Positions 53,165 to 64,000 of a stretch of 64,000 bases of DNA are shown one piece after another (within the stretch, counting starts at the first letter, position 1; each line of letters starts with the position of its first letter). Below the pieces are notes generated by a model. It saw only the letters and a program-made list of their open reading frames with translations. It had not been told where the DNA came from and ran no database searches. The position numbers were made by a program, and so were the translations under genes. The DNA lies in assembly GCA_904063045.1 (NCBI GenBank), contig CAJFCJ010000033.1, positions 1-64,000 of the forward strand. The letters are read 5' to 3'. The DNA is from Dimorphilus gyrociliatus (taxonomy: Eukaryota; Animalia; Annelida).

Positions 53165-56100
53165 CTACCTCTCGAATTCTGGAAGAGGTTTTTCGTATCC
53201 TTTTTTACCGTACAACCAAAAAGTCATCTGAATTCCTTTACCTTTAACGTTCATCTCACCTCTCGGAGCTAGAAGATAATCTCCGCTGAGTTCCAATAAA
53301 GCGATTTGAAATTGTTTTGACACGTGAATTCTATTTCCTAGAATTATCCGACGTATGAAGAAAGGAGTAGGAGAGAGGATAAAGAAAAAAGCAAAATGAA
53401 GCTTTTGATTATTTAAAATAAATAAAGAAATAAATAAAAATAGAGTTGAACTTTGACAGCTGCAAATTTTTTACTTTCTACTTAGTGTAAGTATATGTTT
53501 ATATAGCAAGTTAAAATAAGCAAAGAGGATCTTACAGTTGTTCTACATCCAATATCTCTTGTAGAGAGAAATATTAACAATTCAAATTAGTAATATAAAT
53601 GCTAATTAACCCTATATTAAGTAGTCTAATATCTCTATTTATTTAAAGATGCTAATAATAATCTTATACGATTATCTCTCGTCTTCATTTCGTAAAGATT
53701 AAAATGTATGAAAATATATTAACCAACTCCATTCGATTCCATTCGAGCAGCGGTGTTTATTGTATCTCCGAATAAGCAATATCTGGGCATAATCAGCCCT
53801 ATAACTCCAGCGACAACCGGTCCTTTATGTAGGCCTGCGGAAAGATAGTAAAACAAACTAAGTAAATTTTACACTTTCTACCTTTTACTTTTCACTCAGC
53901 CCTCCCGTCTAATCTAAAGGTAATGTTCTAATAAAAACAGGACCTTTTCCAAGGCTTTCTACTGCAACAAAAAAAGATTCTCTCTTCCTACCAAATTACC
54001 AAAACATTAGCAATTTAGAGGGGAAAACAGATCATTACGATTTGATAAAGAACTTTCTAAAACAGTTGAGAGAAATCGGAAGGGATAAAGAGAAAAAGAG
54101 GAGTTTTTTCCCTTTCTAATATAAAATCATTATAGATATAGGATTTAATTTAACTATATACTAGTTATTAAATGGTCTATCTGTTCAATAAACTATCATT
54201 GTTACTTTTTGTCCAAGTATTTTTGCAGTACATATTACATTACACCCGCAAATGTATACAGTATACTGCATAGAAATGTAAAGTAATTTATTATTTCATT
54301 TAATAAATCATCATCAAATGGCTATACAATGAAACGTAATAAATTTCTTTAGGAAAAATTAGGCCTAGTTTAACACCAGTTGGTAAAAATCCGCCAACTG
54401 TGTGTGTGGCGCCTCAATAATAATAATAAAAAAGCTTCTTTTTACTAAAATATTCGATTTCGGTTCTCTCTCAGTCTGCCAACAGCTTTAATTGGTGAAC
54501 GAAAAGAATTTAAATAGCTTATTGTAAGATTTTCATAAGGCAGATTAATCTTTTTTCAATATGGTAAGAACTTATTCAATTTTTAAATGTCAGGTAGACC
54601 ATTTATACGTGTAGTATATCTCTTTCAATAGGCCCTATTTCGGACTGTTCTGAATGCTACAGATAAACCAAGGGATAGGTCTAATTTTGACAGTAGTATT
54701 GAGGAGGACAGAATGGCGGATGCGAAAAAAAGTTGGCATAATCGTTTAGACGACTTCTCCCCATTCTTAGACAATGAAACGTATCGCGATGATACAACAG
54801 CCTTTGTCAGCAATAGAAATGGATTACCGGTTATGACTTATCAATTTGAAATAGAGGAATTCGACGAGGATAGTATGAATTTAACAATTGAAGAGAATAA
54901 ATTAGTACTTGAAGTCGTTCACACCATTATCGAACAGGGATATGATTTAGATGAAATATTTTATTAATTTTTTTTGACGCCATCTGTAGGTTGTACTAAT
55001 CGTTATATAGGCTTGATGAATTTTTATGTAAGAGTCTAGAAAGAATGATTTATCCATTAAAAGAGAGTTTTTCAAAAATAATAAAAATCTCAATCATAAC
55101 CCTGTAGGATAGAACTTTTCGAAAAAAGATTATTCGTAAAGTTGATATTCCTGAACAAGTGAACAGCAAGCAGATGTTTCGGCAAGTTGATGGCAAAATA
55201 ATTCGAGTAGAGATGCCTCTTCACCTACCGCCTAGAAACGCCCCTTGTCCTCCCGGTTCTATTCCCATTCTTACATCGCCGGATGGCCGCAGAGTAATAA
55301 GTCTACAGACAAAGTTAAGTAGCGACTTGTGCGAAGAAAACTTGAAAGTTTTTATAGATGAGAATGATAAAAGCATTGTAAGAGTTAGAGGTAATTATCA
55401 AGAGATGGTTGGTGAGCGTAGTACGCATACATTCAAAAAATCTATAAGTAAAGACTTTAAGTTACAAAACGACCTAAAGATATCGTCGATAAGCCATTCC
55501 GTAGAAAATGACTTGCTAAAAGTAGAGATAACATTGGAGGACAATGCCGAATCGTTTAGAGCTGGTACTCCACTTACTATACTTTAAAAAAGAAGAAAAT
55601 TAACAAACAAACCAACAAAAATGGTATATTTTGTTTATCTTCCTGACTTCTTCCTCCTATTTTTGCTTCTTCCATTTAAAATTCTCTTTTTATTCATAGG
55701 GAATATAGAAATTTATATATTGTACCGTATCAATTTGGTTAAAATCAATATTCTAACCGATAACCACTCTATGAATAAGAGACGAATAAATTATGAATAA
55801 ATTATAAAAACCTATTCTTAGTTGAAGCTTTAATTTTGGTTTGTGAGCAACTTGAAAGATAGTAGATGCCGATAGCAAATCGAGAGCTACGTTGGCTCCT
55901 TCAATTACGTGACGGGCACCAATTCTTGTTGGAACACCACTAGATACCATATAGGCATCTCCAATAGTTTCTACTTTAAATACGTCGTGTTTCTGTATAA
56001 CCTCGTCGAATATTATGTAAAGGTCATTCAAACAGGCTATTATCTATTTTGTAAAACATTTATATAATTAAACTACTTAAAAAGGTAAGTGAACTTGCCT

Positions 56101-59100
56101 GTATAGGAGTACTCTCAGCCAAGAGTATATTGAAGCCAACTAACGTCGAAAAGAAAACGGTGGCCTGTTCGTAACTTTCTGGAGAAACAAACTTTCCAGC
56201 TTTTAATTGATCAGCAACGGACCTATTAATAGTATTATGTTTTATAGATAAAGATATGATATATTTGTATAAATATATATAATATTCGATTTACGCTGGG
56301 AGCATCTTGTACAATAGCGTATCGGTTTTCTTTTGTTCTTCTATAAATGTATTTGTTCTCTCTTCAATAAGCTCTTCCAAATTGAATGCATAATTCTCGG
56401 CCATTTTAATAACACTATCAATGATATTTATTCTGCAATGTAAATTAGTATTATTGCGTTATTAGTCAATAGAAAATATTTCTATATAGTAAAACTCTTA
56501 CTCTCCTCCAGCGATCTTTAATAGCGTATTCTTAATCTTTGTAAATGCAGGCCTTTTCATTTCGTCTTCATCCCAACTCTGAAGAGTTAACGATAGTAAC
56601 TCCTGACCCAATTCATGAACAACCGGCAAGGCTGGTCTAAACGGTATACTTTCACCATTCCTAACACGACTTATAGCATCTATGTTTTTATTTATTTCAT
56701 TTTATAGAAAGCAAAAACAATAATACTCTGTAACCTTTTGGTGAAACAATAGAGAAATCGTACGGTTCCTTTCTGGTAATTACTTCGTAGCAAATAATCC
56801 CAAAACTATAAGCATCAGCCCTAGTAGTGCCAGCTAGAGGAGCATTTGGATTTCTTAAAAGTTCAGGTGCAGTCCAGGCGCTCTCTGAATAGAATATTTA
56901 GGGTGAAATAATTGAAATAATTGAAAGTATTCTAAAGCATTTGTGTATTAAAAATACATTAGCCATCGAAATATGATAATCCTAACAAAAGCTATTGATT
57001 AGTAAATATTAATAAATTAATGAATTATTTAATCAAATTTCAGTTTTTTAATTGTTTTCTTTATGTTTGTCAAAAGTTTATTTTCTATAAACTCTTTCAG
57101 CTAAAAGATCGTATTGTTTGTCAACTTTTTTTTGATGAAGACTGCAGGCTATACACACCATATATATATATATATATATATACATATATATATAAATTTA
57201 TATATACTTTTATAATAGTGATCATCAATTATCTCTTTGTGTCGAATTTTTATAATTGAGCTCATTGAATAGTCAGATACCTTTGGAAAAGATGGAAAAA
57301 CGATAAATAAAGTCAACAAGGTGTTTTTTTTTATAGCTTACTTTAACAGACCAACGACCATCTACAAGACAATTAGAACTTCTAAGATTTCCGTGAGAGT
57401 GTAGATGCGATTTATGAATAAATTCTATACCCTTTGAGATATCGAGAAGAAATGATAATTTAAATGTTTTATCGAATTGAGTCTCTTCGCTTAAGAGAAC
57501 ATCTTGTAAACTTCCTTTGGAACAATAACTCCAAAGGAAACAGTTATTAGGATAATCGAAGCAAGCTCCTATGAAAACGTTAACGTTATCGTGGACCATT
57601 TCCTTTAACTATTTCAATAAAAATTAGAGAGAATTGAAAATGGATGGACATATTGAACTTTAGACGAAAGTGTACAAACGTCTTTAAGTTGGATCAGCAT
57701 GGTTCTAGTTACTTGTATATGATCCTCTGAAATTCTATTTATAGCGCATCTCGTTCCTTTATAGTAGCAAATTTCGGTGAAAATTTGCTCTTGTCGATAA
57801 CTTCCGGCAGATTTCGTCCCTGAACGACTGGAAGTATCGCTTCTACTGTCGTTCATTGAATTCGAAACGCTTTTCTATTGGATGAATGAAAAAGGGAGAG
57901 GATTATTAGAATCCAATTGGATTAATGATATAATATTAATATTCACCCCAAGTTTATTACTGGAGCTACTTTTGAATTTATTTCGTATTTCTTCAACTTC
58001 ATGCCACCTCACCCTCCAACTTTGACTTAGCAAATTTGCTTCGTATTTTATTCTTTAATAGGCAAAAAATATGACAATTCCTATGACAATTATGCAGACA
58101 ACCGGAACGATAGATGAGACGAGAATTACCCAGAGGCTAACTTTTAACGGACAAGAAAGAATCACCTTTAAAGCCATAGAAGAAAGCTATTTCAGCTAAC
58201 CTGTCTTCTTTGAACATAAAAGCCCATTAAATCCGCAAGATGGAATATCACTCGGAGCGTAGTTGTCTCCGACATAACCACCTGGCCATCTCGGTTTTAA
58301 AAGTATCTTAAAGATCTAATTAATAAAGAACTATACTTAAAGAGCGCAACTTTTTTCAATACAATTTAATACTCTTAATCTTTCTTCAGTATTAATGAGT
58401 TCTGCCATCTTTTCAAATTTACCAGTGATTGGGTTCATGTCCATAACCCAAAAATCGGGTTCTCTGTCACCGTTTTCATCAAGAATAACGTTACCGCTGA
58501 CGCCTATGTAGAAGAAAAAAAGACAGAACAGAAACAATTTTGGTTAATTGCTTGATTGATTGTGATTTTTCTACTGTTTTGTTCGTAAAATACCTTTAAA
58601 TATCTTTCCTCTTGTAAATCTAGCGATATTTTGGCCATTATATGGATCTAGACCTTTGGCTAAAGTACCACTTATAGCCGTTGCGTAAATGAATACTGCG
58701 TCGTGTAAAAAGGTGGAATATCTATCGCCCATTTCTATATTGTCAAGCTAATAGGGGAAGAAGAAGAAGATATTTGAATATACAGCAATAATATTCTTTT
58801 TCCTTATCTTAACATTTATGTGTTTAGGAACGTATTAAGACCAAGGAGGTTCCTTCATTCTCCTCATGACCTCTCTTCGAAAATTGACAACTTCGTCAGT
58901 AGTTTCGGTAGCCAGTGTCACCTATGAAGAGGAGAGGAAAAGAACGACTAAACTATATAAATATATTATTAATTCTAGCTTACGTGAAAGACCGACTCGA
59001 AAGCGTGTTTCGCATCTTTGTCACGACCATCATTTCCTTGCCAAACTTCAGTTTGCTACAAAAAAATTTAATAAAGATTATAATCGCCTCATTTCTTTAT

Positions 59101-60468
59101 ATAATATACTGTAGTAAATAACCCCTATTATATCTTCCTGAGGTAGTACGTCTATCGTAAGGAAGACGAAGTCGCCCTTAGTCATATCTAGGTCATAGGC
59201 GTTCAAAATAAATCTTCTTCTCTCATCTCTCGGACCGATGAGTATTACAACTAGAAAAGAAGATAGGAAAGATAGAATAGATAGAGAGAAGAAAGAATCT
59301 TTCAAAAAAAAATGATCAACAACGTATTCACGTTATTTCTCTTTAAAAGTTAAAAAATAATTAAAATAATAAAAAAAAGAGACAAAAAAATCAAGTTTAC
59401 TTCTCGCTTCTTTCTTAATGAAAGTTAGAACTTTTTGTATATAGGCAAGAGGAGCTATTTCAAAAGGATATTTATCTTCCACCGAAATTGAGATATTGCT
59501 TTCTCTAAACGCCTATTGTTTATTGTTTTTTCATAAGATAAGAATAGAATATAAAGATATATTTAGATGGGAAAAAATTACTCTTATGACGGATAAGGCT
59601 GCGTCCTGCCATATATAGTTATCAGAATATATAACACCAACTGTATTCCAGTTATAATATCGAAATAATTCTATTATGAATCTTCCCATTTTGCTAAAAG
59701 GTCCCAAAGTTCTCGATAGAGTCTTGTATACTTTTTTTTCGTTAAAATCCGAGCTTGCCGCTACCCAAGAAACAATTGGCTTATTCCAATAGGAAGCCAT
59801 TTCGGCAACTCTTCTACAAGCTTTATTGTATTTTAATAATAAGGAAATTAGACGAAATAAAACAAACGAATTGCTTACCACTAGAACAAGCTGGCCCTAT
59901 GAATACGTCAACTCTCTCTTCACTATATAATTTCAGTGTATTCCCCGCAGCAATTTTACTATCGCATCCCGAATCGACCGTTACAACGCTAAAGGTACCA
60001 AACTATCAACATGATAAACATTCAATAGAAATAGGAAACTTACTCAAATTTCATTGTTCTATTCAATCTTTTATCGCTGTGAACCTTTTCAATAGCTATA
60101 GAAACGGCGCTTGCGCTAGTAAAACCGCTAAAATCGTTAAACGTATCATTCCAAGGAATGATAAGACCAATTCGAAATCGTCTCACAGCTTTAGACAATA
60201 CAAAAAAACAATAGTTTTTAATACAATGTCTATATACAGTATATATCTTACTTTCGCTATGATTTGTAGAATCCCCTAGTAGAAGGCAAACAAACAAGCA
60301 GAAATGAGAGCGAATTAAAAACAAACAAAACAAACAACGTTTAGGAAATACTTTTTAAAAAATTAGACAAAAAAATGTAAAAAAATATTTTAACTAACCA
60401 GTTTGACTTGTTACTTTGGAAAAACATAGAAATGTGATAGTTATAAAAACCGTTAAATAAGTCATCAT
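53165..60468 (-). CDS. Receptor guanylyl cyclase 1, natriuretic-peptide-receptor (NPR/GC-A)-like; probable young pseudogene (two in-frame TAA, first catalytic Asp lost)
   Basis: Signal exon 60468-60399, 24-nt micro-exon 60275-60252, ANF-receptor ectodomain (IGPACS, FESVFHV, FLHDAV), TM, kinase-homology domain ([20 protein letters not shown]), cyclase ([19 protein letters not shown]). In-frame TAA at 58835-58837 and 58055-58057. The exact 3' end is uncertain. Confidence 0.9.
54713..55587 (+). CDS. Small heat-shock protein with two alpha-crystallin domains (p40 major-egg-antigen-like), nested antisense in a guanylyl cyclase intron
   Basis: Exon 1 from ATG 54713 to about 54937, exon 2 55108-55587. 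Two ACD-like units ([22 protein letters not shown]...RKVDIPEQV and ENLKVFID...KDFKL...LLKVEI). The donor site is non-canonical or ambiguous. Confidence 0.75.
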
Positions 60469-60749
60469 TTAACCGAATTTAGACTATAAATGAGATAAAA
60501 CCTACATTAAATTCGTATTTAATTAGACATGAAAATTAAAATTTTCACTTTTAAAACGGAAAATAATTTTACCTTCCAGTTAAATTTTAATAAAGAACAA
60601 AGAGCTTTAAACGAATCAGACCTTCTTTCTTCATAGTTTTAAAAGGTTATCCCTAAATTAGGGATAATCTCATCATATTTTTACAAGATAAATCTATTAA
60701 ATAGTTTCAAATTTTTCTTTTCTTTTCTATATTCAAACAAGATAAAGAC

Positions 60750-60794
<45 letters not shown>

Positions 60795-61077
60795 TATAAA
60801 CAAATCAAACAGAAAAACAAACTAGATATTACTAATAATAACTATTTAAATAAATAACAATTAGAGAAATATTTTATATATTCATTTGTTTGCTTTTTTT
60901 TTTAAAAAAAAAAACACTTTTTTATAATTTTTTTGGTGCTTTTTTTCATTTTCATGACATTTTTTTGTCGGTTTTTTTTTTAGGTTTTTCGTTCGTTTCG
61001 TCCGTTTAAATTAGGATATATTGTCGTATTGTCTCTAGTTTCTTAGTGATACGATAGTCGTCTCTTTACAGGTTGTC

Positions 61078-62426
61078 TCACACTTTAGGAAAGTTGAGAA
61101 TTTGCGGCAGAACAGCCGTATTTAATCTTCTAGTAGATCTAGTCTTCTTCGACGAATTCTCCTTATACGTCGTCGATCTACGATAGGCTTTCAAGCTAAA
61201 ACGATATTCGGGCGCCATCATCGAAACGTAACCTTCCGGATTGCAATTATCTGGAAATTTCTCATAAAATCTTTTATAGCCACCCTCCATAACGAATATT
61301 TGAGGATAGCACAATCGTGGATAACAATCAGCGTTCAAATTTCTATCAAAACGTCTAATTGCTCTAGCCATACCGGGAGCCCTTTGAGAAGAGAATTCGC
61401 AGTAGAATATCAAGACACCCTTATAGCTATTTTCTGAAGATTCAAAAAGTTTTGCCGCTAACCCTGATTCACTGGAGAAATTTCTTGCCCCTATCACGTG
61501 ACCTATTTTTGAAAGAATAAAAAAGATATTATAGAGTATATATATATAAAAAAGTGTACAATTGGTTAATTAAGTAATTAAAAAAAAAAGGTGATTAATT
61601 ACCTCCAGTGAATTCATACGGATAGCGGCAATCAATGACCTTGTGTAATTTGAATAAATGCCTATATTTTCCTTGCACAACGTCAATAAGAGTTTCCGGG
61701 GAGATAAATTTTAAGGTCGAGTTAGAGGCGTCGGTTGTTGGTAGAACGCTGGTTATATCTTCTCCAACCGATTCAAAATTCGGTTCATATAATTTCTTAT
61801 CTTTTTTACTAACTATATTACCAACATCTTTCAAATTTTTATCATCTTCTTGAAGTGTCAGCGAAGCGTTCAGTCCTTCTTCCATAGAACGTAATGAAAA
61901 GCTGTCCTCGTTGTTGATTTCCTTTTTCATCTTTTCAAGATATTCGTTAAATGAGCATTCCATTATAAATCTTTCCTTCTTTTTCCTTAATTTCGTCAAT
62001 AAGTCAAATAAAAGTAGTCTTTCTTTGGTTGTCTTTAGTCGATCGCCGTTCAGAGACTGAATGTCCAAACCAGAAATTTTCCCCTTAAAATATACTATCG
62101 TTGAGTATTAATTAATCTGCTTACAACTGACAAGAAATAACGCTGAGTAGATGTCAGCTGTAAAAAATGTCTACGGAACACAGTTAAATGATCAACACGA
62201 CCTATGATGTAAATTTCTATAGAAATGATGGAAAACTTAACAAGAAAATATTCAAAAAAAACTACCCAAATTCTATTAATATTTAATAATCTCTCCTTTT
62301 TTTTTTTAAAAAAAAATATCTTTCGCTAATTATTTCTTTAGCAGAAATTTTAAAGTCTTATGTAGAACGTCTCGAAAAAGCCAGACAAAATTTATATTAA
62401 CCTAAATAGGAATAGTTCACCTCCAT
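61078..62426 (-). CDS. cdc25: M-phase inducer phosphatase Cdc25 (compact, short N-terminal region)
   Basis: IDCRYPYEFTGG|HVIGARN, active site FYCEFSSQRAP (CX5R), LYPQIFVMEGGYKRF. Exons about 62083-61601 and 61502-61078; a first exon ATGGAG|gtgaac at 62426-62421 is plausible but less certain. Confidence 0.9.
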
Positions 62427-62914
62427 CTCTTTAGGAAAAGGCCTAAACTTTCTTAAAAGTCTCTCTACTCGATAACGTGGCCAACGTTTAACCCAATTAA
62501 TATAAATATATAATGTCTATAGTTTGTTCTTTTTTTTTTAATAAGGAAAAGTATACTTTCTTCGTTCAAACAAAAAGAAAAAAAGTTAAAAGTTTTTTCT
62601 TTAAAAAAAAAGTTTTTAAATAAATTTTATATTAAAATGAAAAGAATTATAAGAGAAAGTTTCAATAAGAACTTTTTAAAATAAGTTATTATATAATTAG
62701 CAATAGAGATCATAAATTTGAAAGAGTATAACGGAAAGGTTGGCCTAGTTCAATGACCTGATTATAATTTTGGCTAGTCTAACGATAAATCTACATATAT
62801 GTACTGTAAATTTGTTCATGTGTCCAGCTGAATATATAGGACATAAAGTATGACGAAGCGTAAAAAAAAACTTGTAAAAGAAAAGATTAAAGGTAAAAGA
62901 ATGACTTTCTAATA
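62427..62914. promoter_or_regulatory. Putative bidirectional promoter between cdc25 (-) and guanylyl cyclase 2 (+)
   Basis: Head-to-head start codons about 0.5 kb apart. Position only, no motif evidence. Confidence 0.3.
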
Positions 62915-64000
62915 ATGTCTATACTTAATGGAATACCCTTAAATGATCTTAAAGACTATCATTTCTTTCATTCACTCTCCAAGCTATCGTTAATAATGAT
63001 GATCAAAATACTTATATGGTCTCTTCTTAACGTATCTATATCATCTAAAAAGTTTAAAATTGGCTTATTAGCACCAATGACCAAATCCTATAGTGGTTTT
63101 TCCGGAATGACAAGCGCGGCTGCCGTAGACATCGCCATTCAAACTATCAACTCTAACCCCAAATGGAACGCCGACGGTGAGATCGAATTGAGGTAAGCAA
63201 ATAACCTAACAAACAAAGTTTATTATTTAAACTCTCCTTTCCTTTGTTTATGCTTTTATATTTCACTTTTCGCCTCTAAAGCATGGTCTATAGAGATTCG
63301 GATTGCGATAGTCTTTTAACGGTCGGTCATACTTGTGATCTCCTTGTTAATGAAACAATAGACGCACTCATCGGCCCCCCTTGTTCCAGAGGTAGATAGC
63401 TGTTGATATATTTGTATAGCGAGTAAAACCATCAATCTCTTTCCGTTTAGCTTGTAAACCGGCCGCCGAATTGGCGTCATTCTATAATGTTCCTATAATA
63501 AGTTGGGTAGCGACGGATTACGGCCTAAGAGATAGAACAAGATATACAACGTTGGCAAGAACGTCCATTCGGTAAACTCGGAGCCTTCCTTAAAATTATT
63601 TTCGACTCGTACAAATGGAATAGAATCGCCGCTGTCATGTTCGAAGGTCTTGTCTGGGAAGACGCCGGCGAATCAATTACTAAAGTACTCAAAGATCGAA
63701 ATATTGAACTAGTAGTTCTTGAAAAATATAAAAACGATCCATCGAAAACTTTCATTAATAGCGTATTAGAAAAAATCAGAGTTAGGGCAAGAAGTAAGTC
63801 TTTTCCTATATAAAATAAACAAAAAAATACATTTAAACTCTCTTATTTACTTTTATCTTTTATTGCTGTCGTCGTATCAAGTTGTTGCTCTAATTAATCC
63901 GCGAGAACATAGGAGGAAGTTTCTTCTTAGAGCCCACGAAAAGGGTATGACGAATGGCGATTACGTCTTTTATACTATGGACATACTTCCCCAGGAAGAC
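62915..64000 (+). CDS. Receptor guanylyl cyclase 2 (NPR-like), 3'-partial, with a frameshift in exon 3
   Basis: Exons 62915 (or 62996)-63192, 63282-63391, 63451-63793, about 63882->64000. FKIGLLAP, LIGPPCS, VPIISWVA and GMTNGDYVF are homologous to cyclase 1. Frame breaks at 63564. Confidence 0.85.

Noticed and set aside
58055-58837. TAA reassigned to a sense codon (in-frame TAAs in cyclase 1 and exon 22039)
   Set aside because: ORFs of 627-1232 codons contain no in-frame TAA despite the AT richness, and TAA ends receptor 2 exactly where TGA ends receptor 1.

Overview
AT-rich, intron-dense animal DNA with mostly 55-250 nt GT-AG introns. This looks like a compact invertebrate genome, probably lophotrochozoan or annelid (inference). 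I found no rRNA, tRNA, CRISPR array or recognisable transposase. Gene order: two small orphan-like genes (-); three tandem C2H2 zinc-finger paralogues (+) sharing an unnamed ~55-aa N-terminal domain and a 5-nt first coding exon; two tandem giant sushi/CCP transmembrane receptors (-) with Caspr-type fibrinogen-like, EGF and C-type lectin modules; a fucosyltransferase plus a decayed copy (+); an NPR-type receptor guanylyl cyclase (-) with in-frame stops that hosts a nested double alpha-crystallin sHSP gene (+); Cdc25 (-); and a second, frameshifted guanylyl cyclase (+) running off the window. The stand-out is the third zinc-finger gene (11770-26152), with 29 finger exons, one finger per exon, mostly 84 nt and phase 1-1. 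It has a duplicated exon-intron block whose variation is concentrated at the DNA-contacting helix positions, several stop-containing exons and several decayed exons. Nearly every intron in the duplicated block carries, 30-32 nt after its donor, an antisense copy of the next exon's 3' splice site that co-varies with that exon. This suggests an RNA-pairing-controlled, combinatorial zinc-finger diversification system. All gene models were built by eye without expression data.
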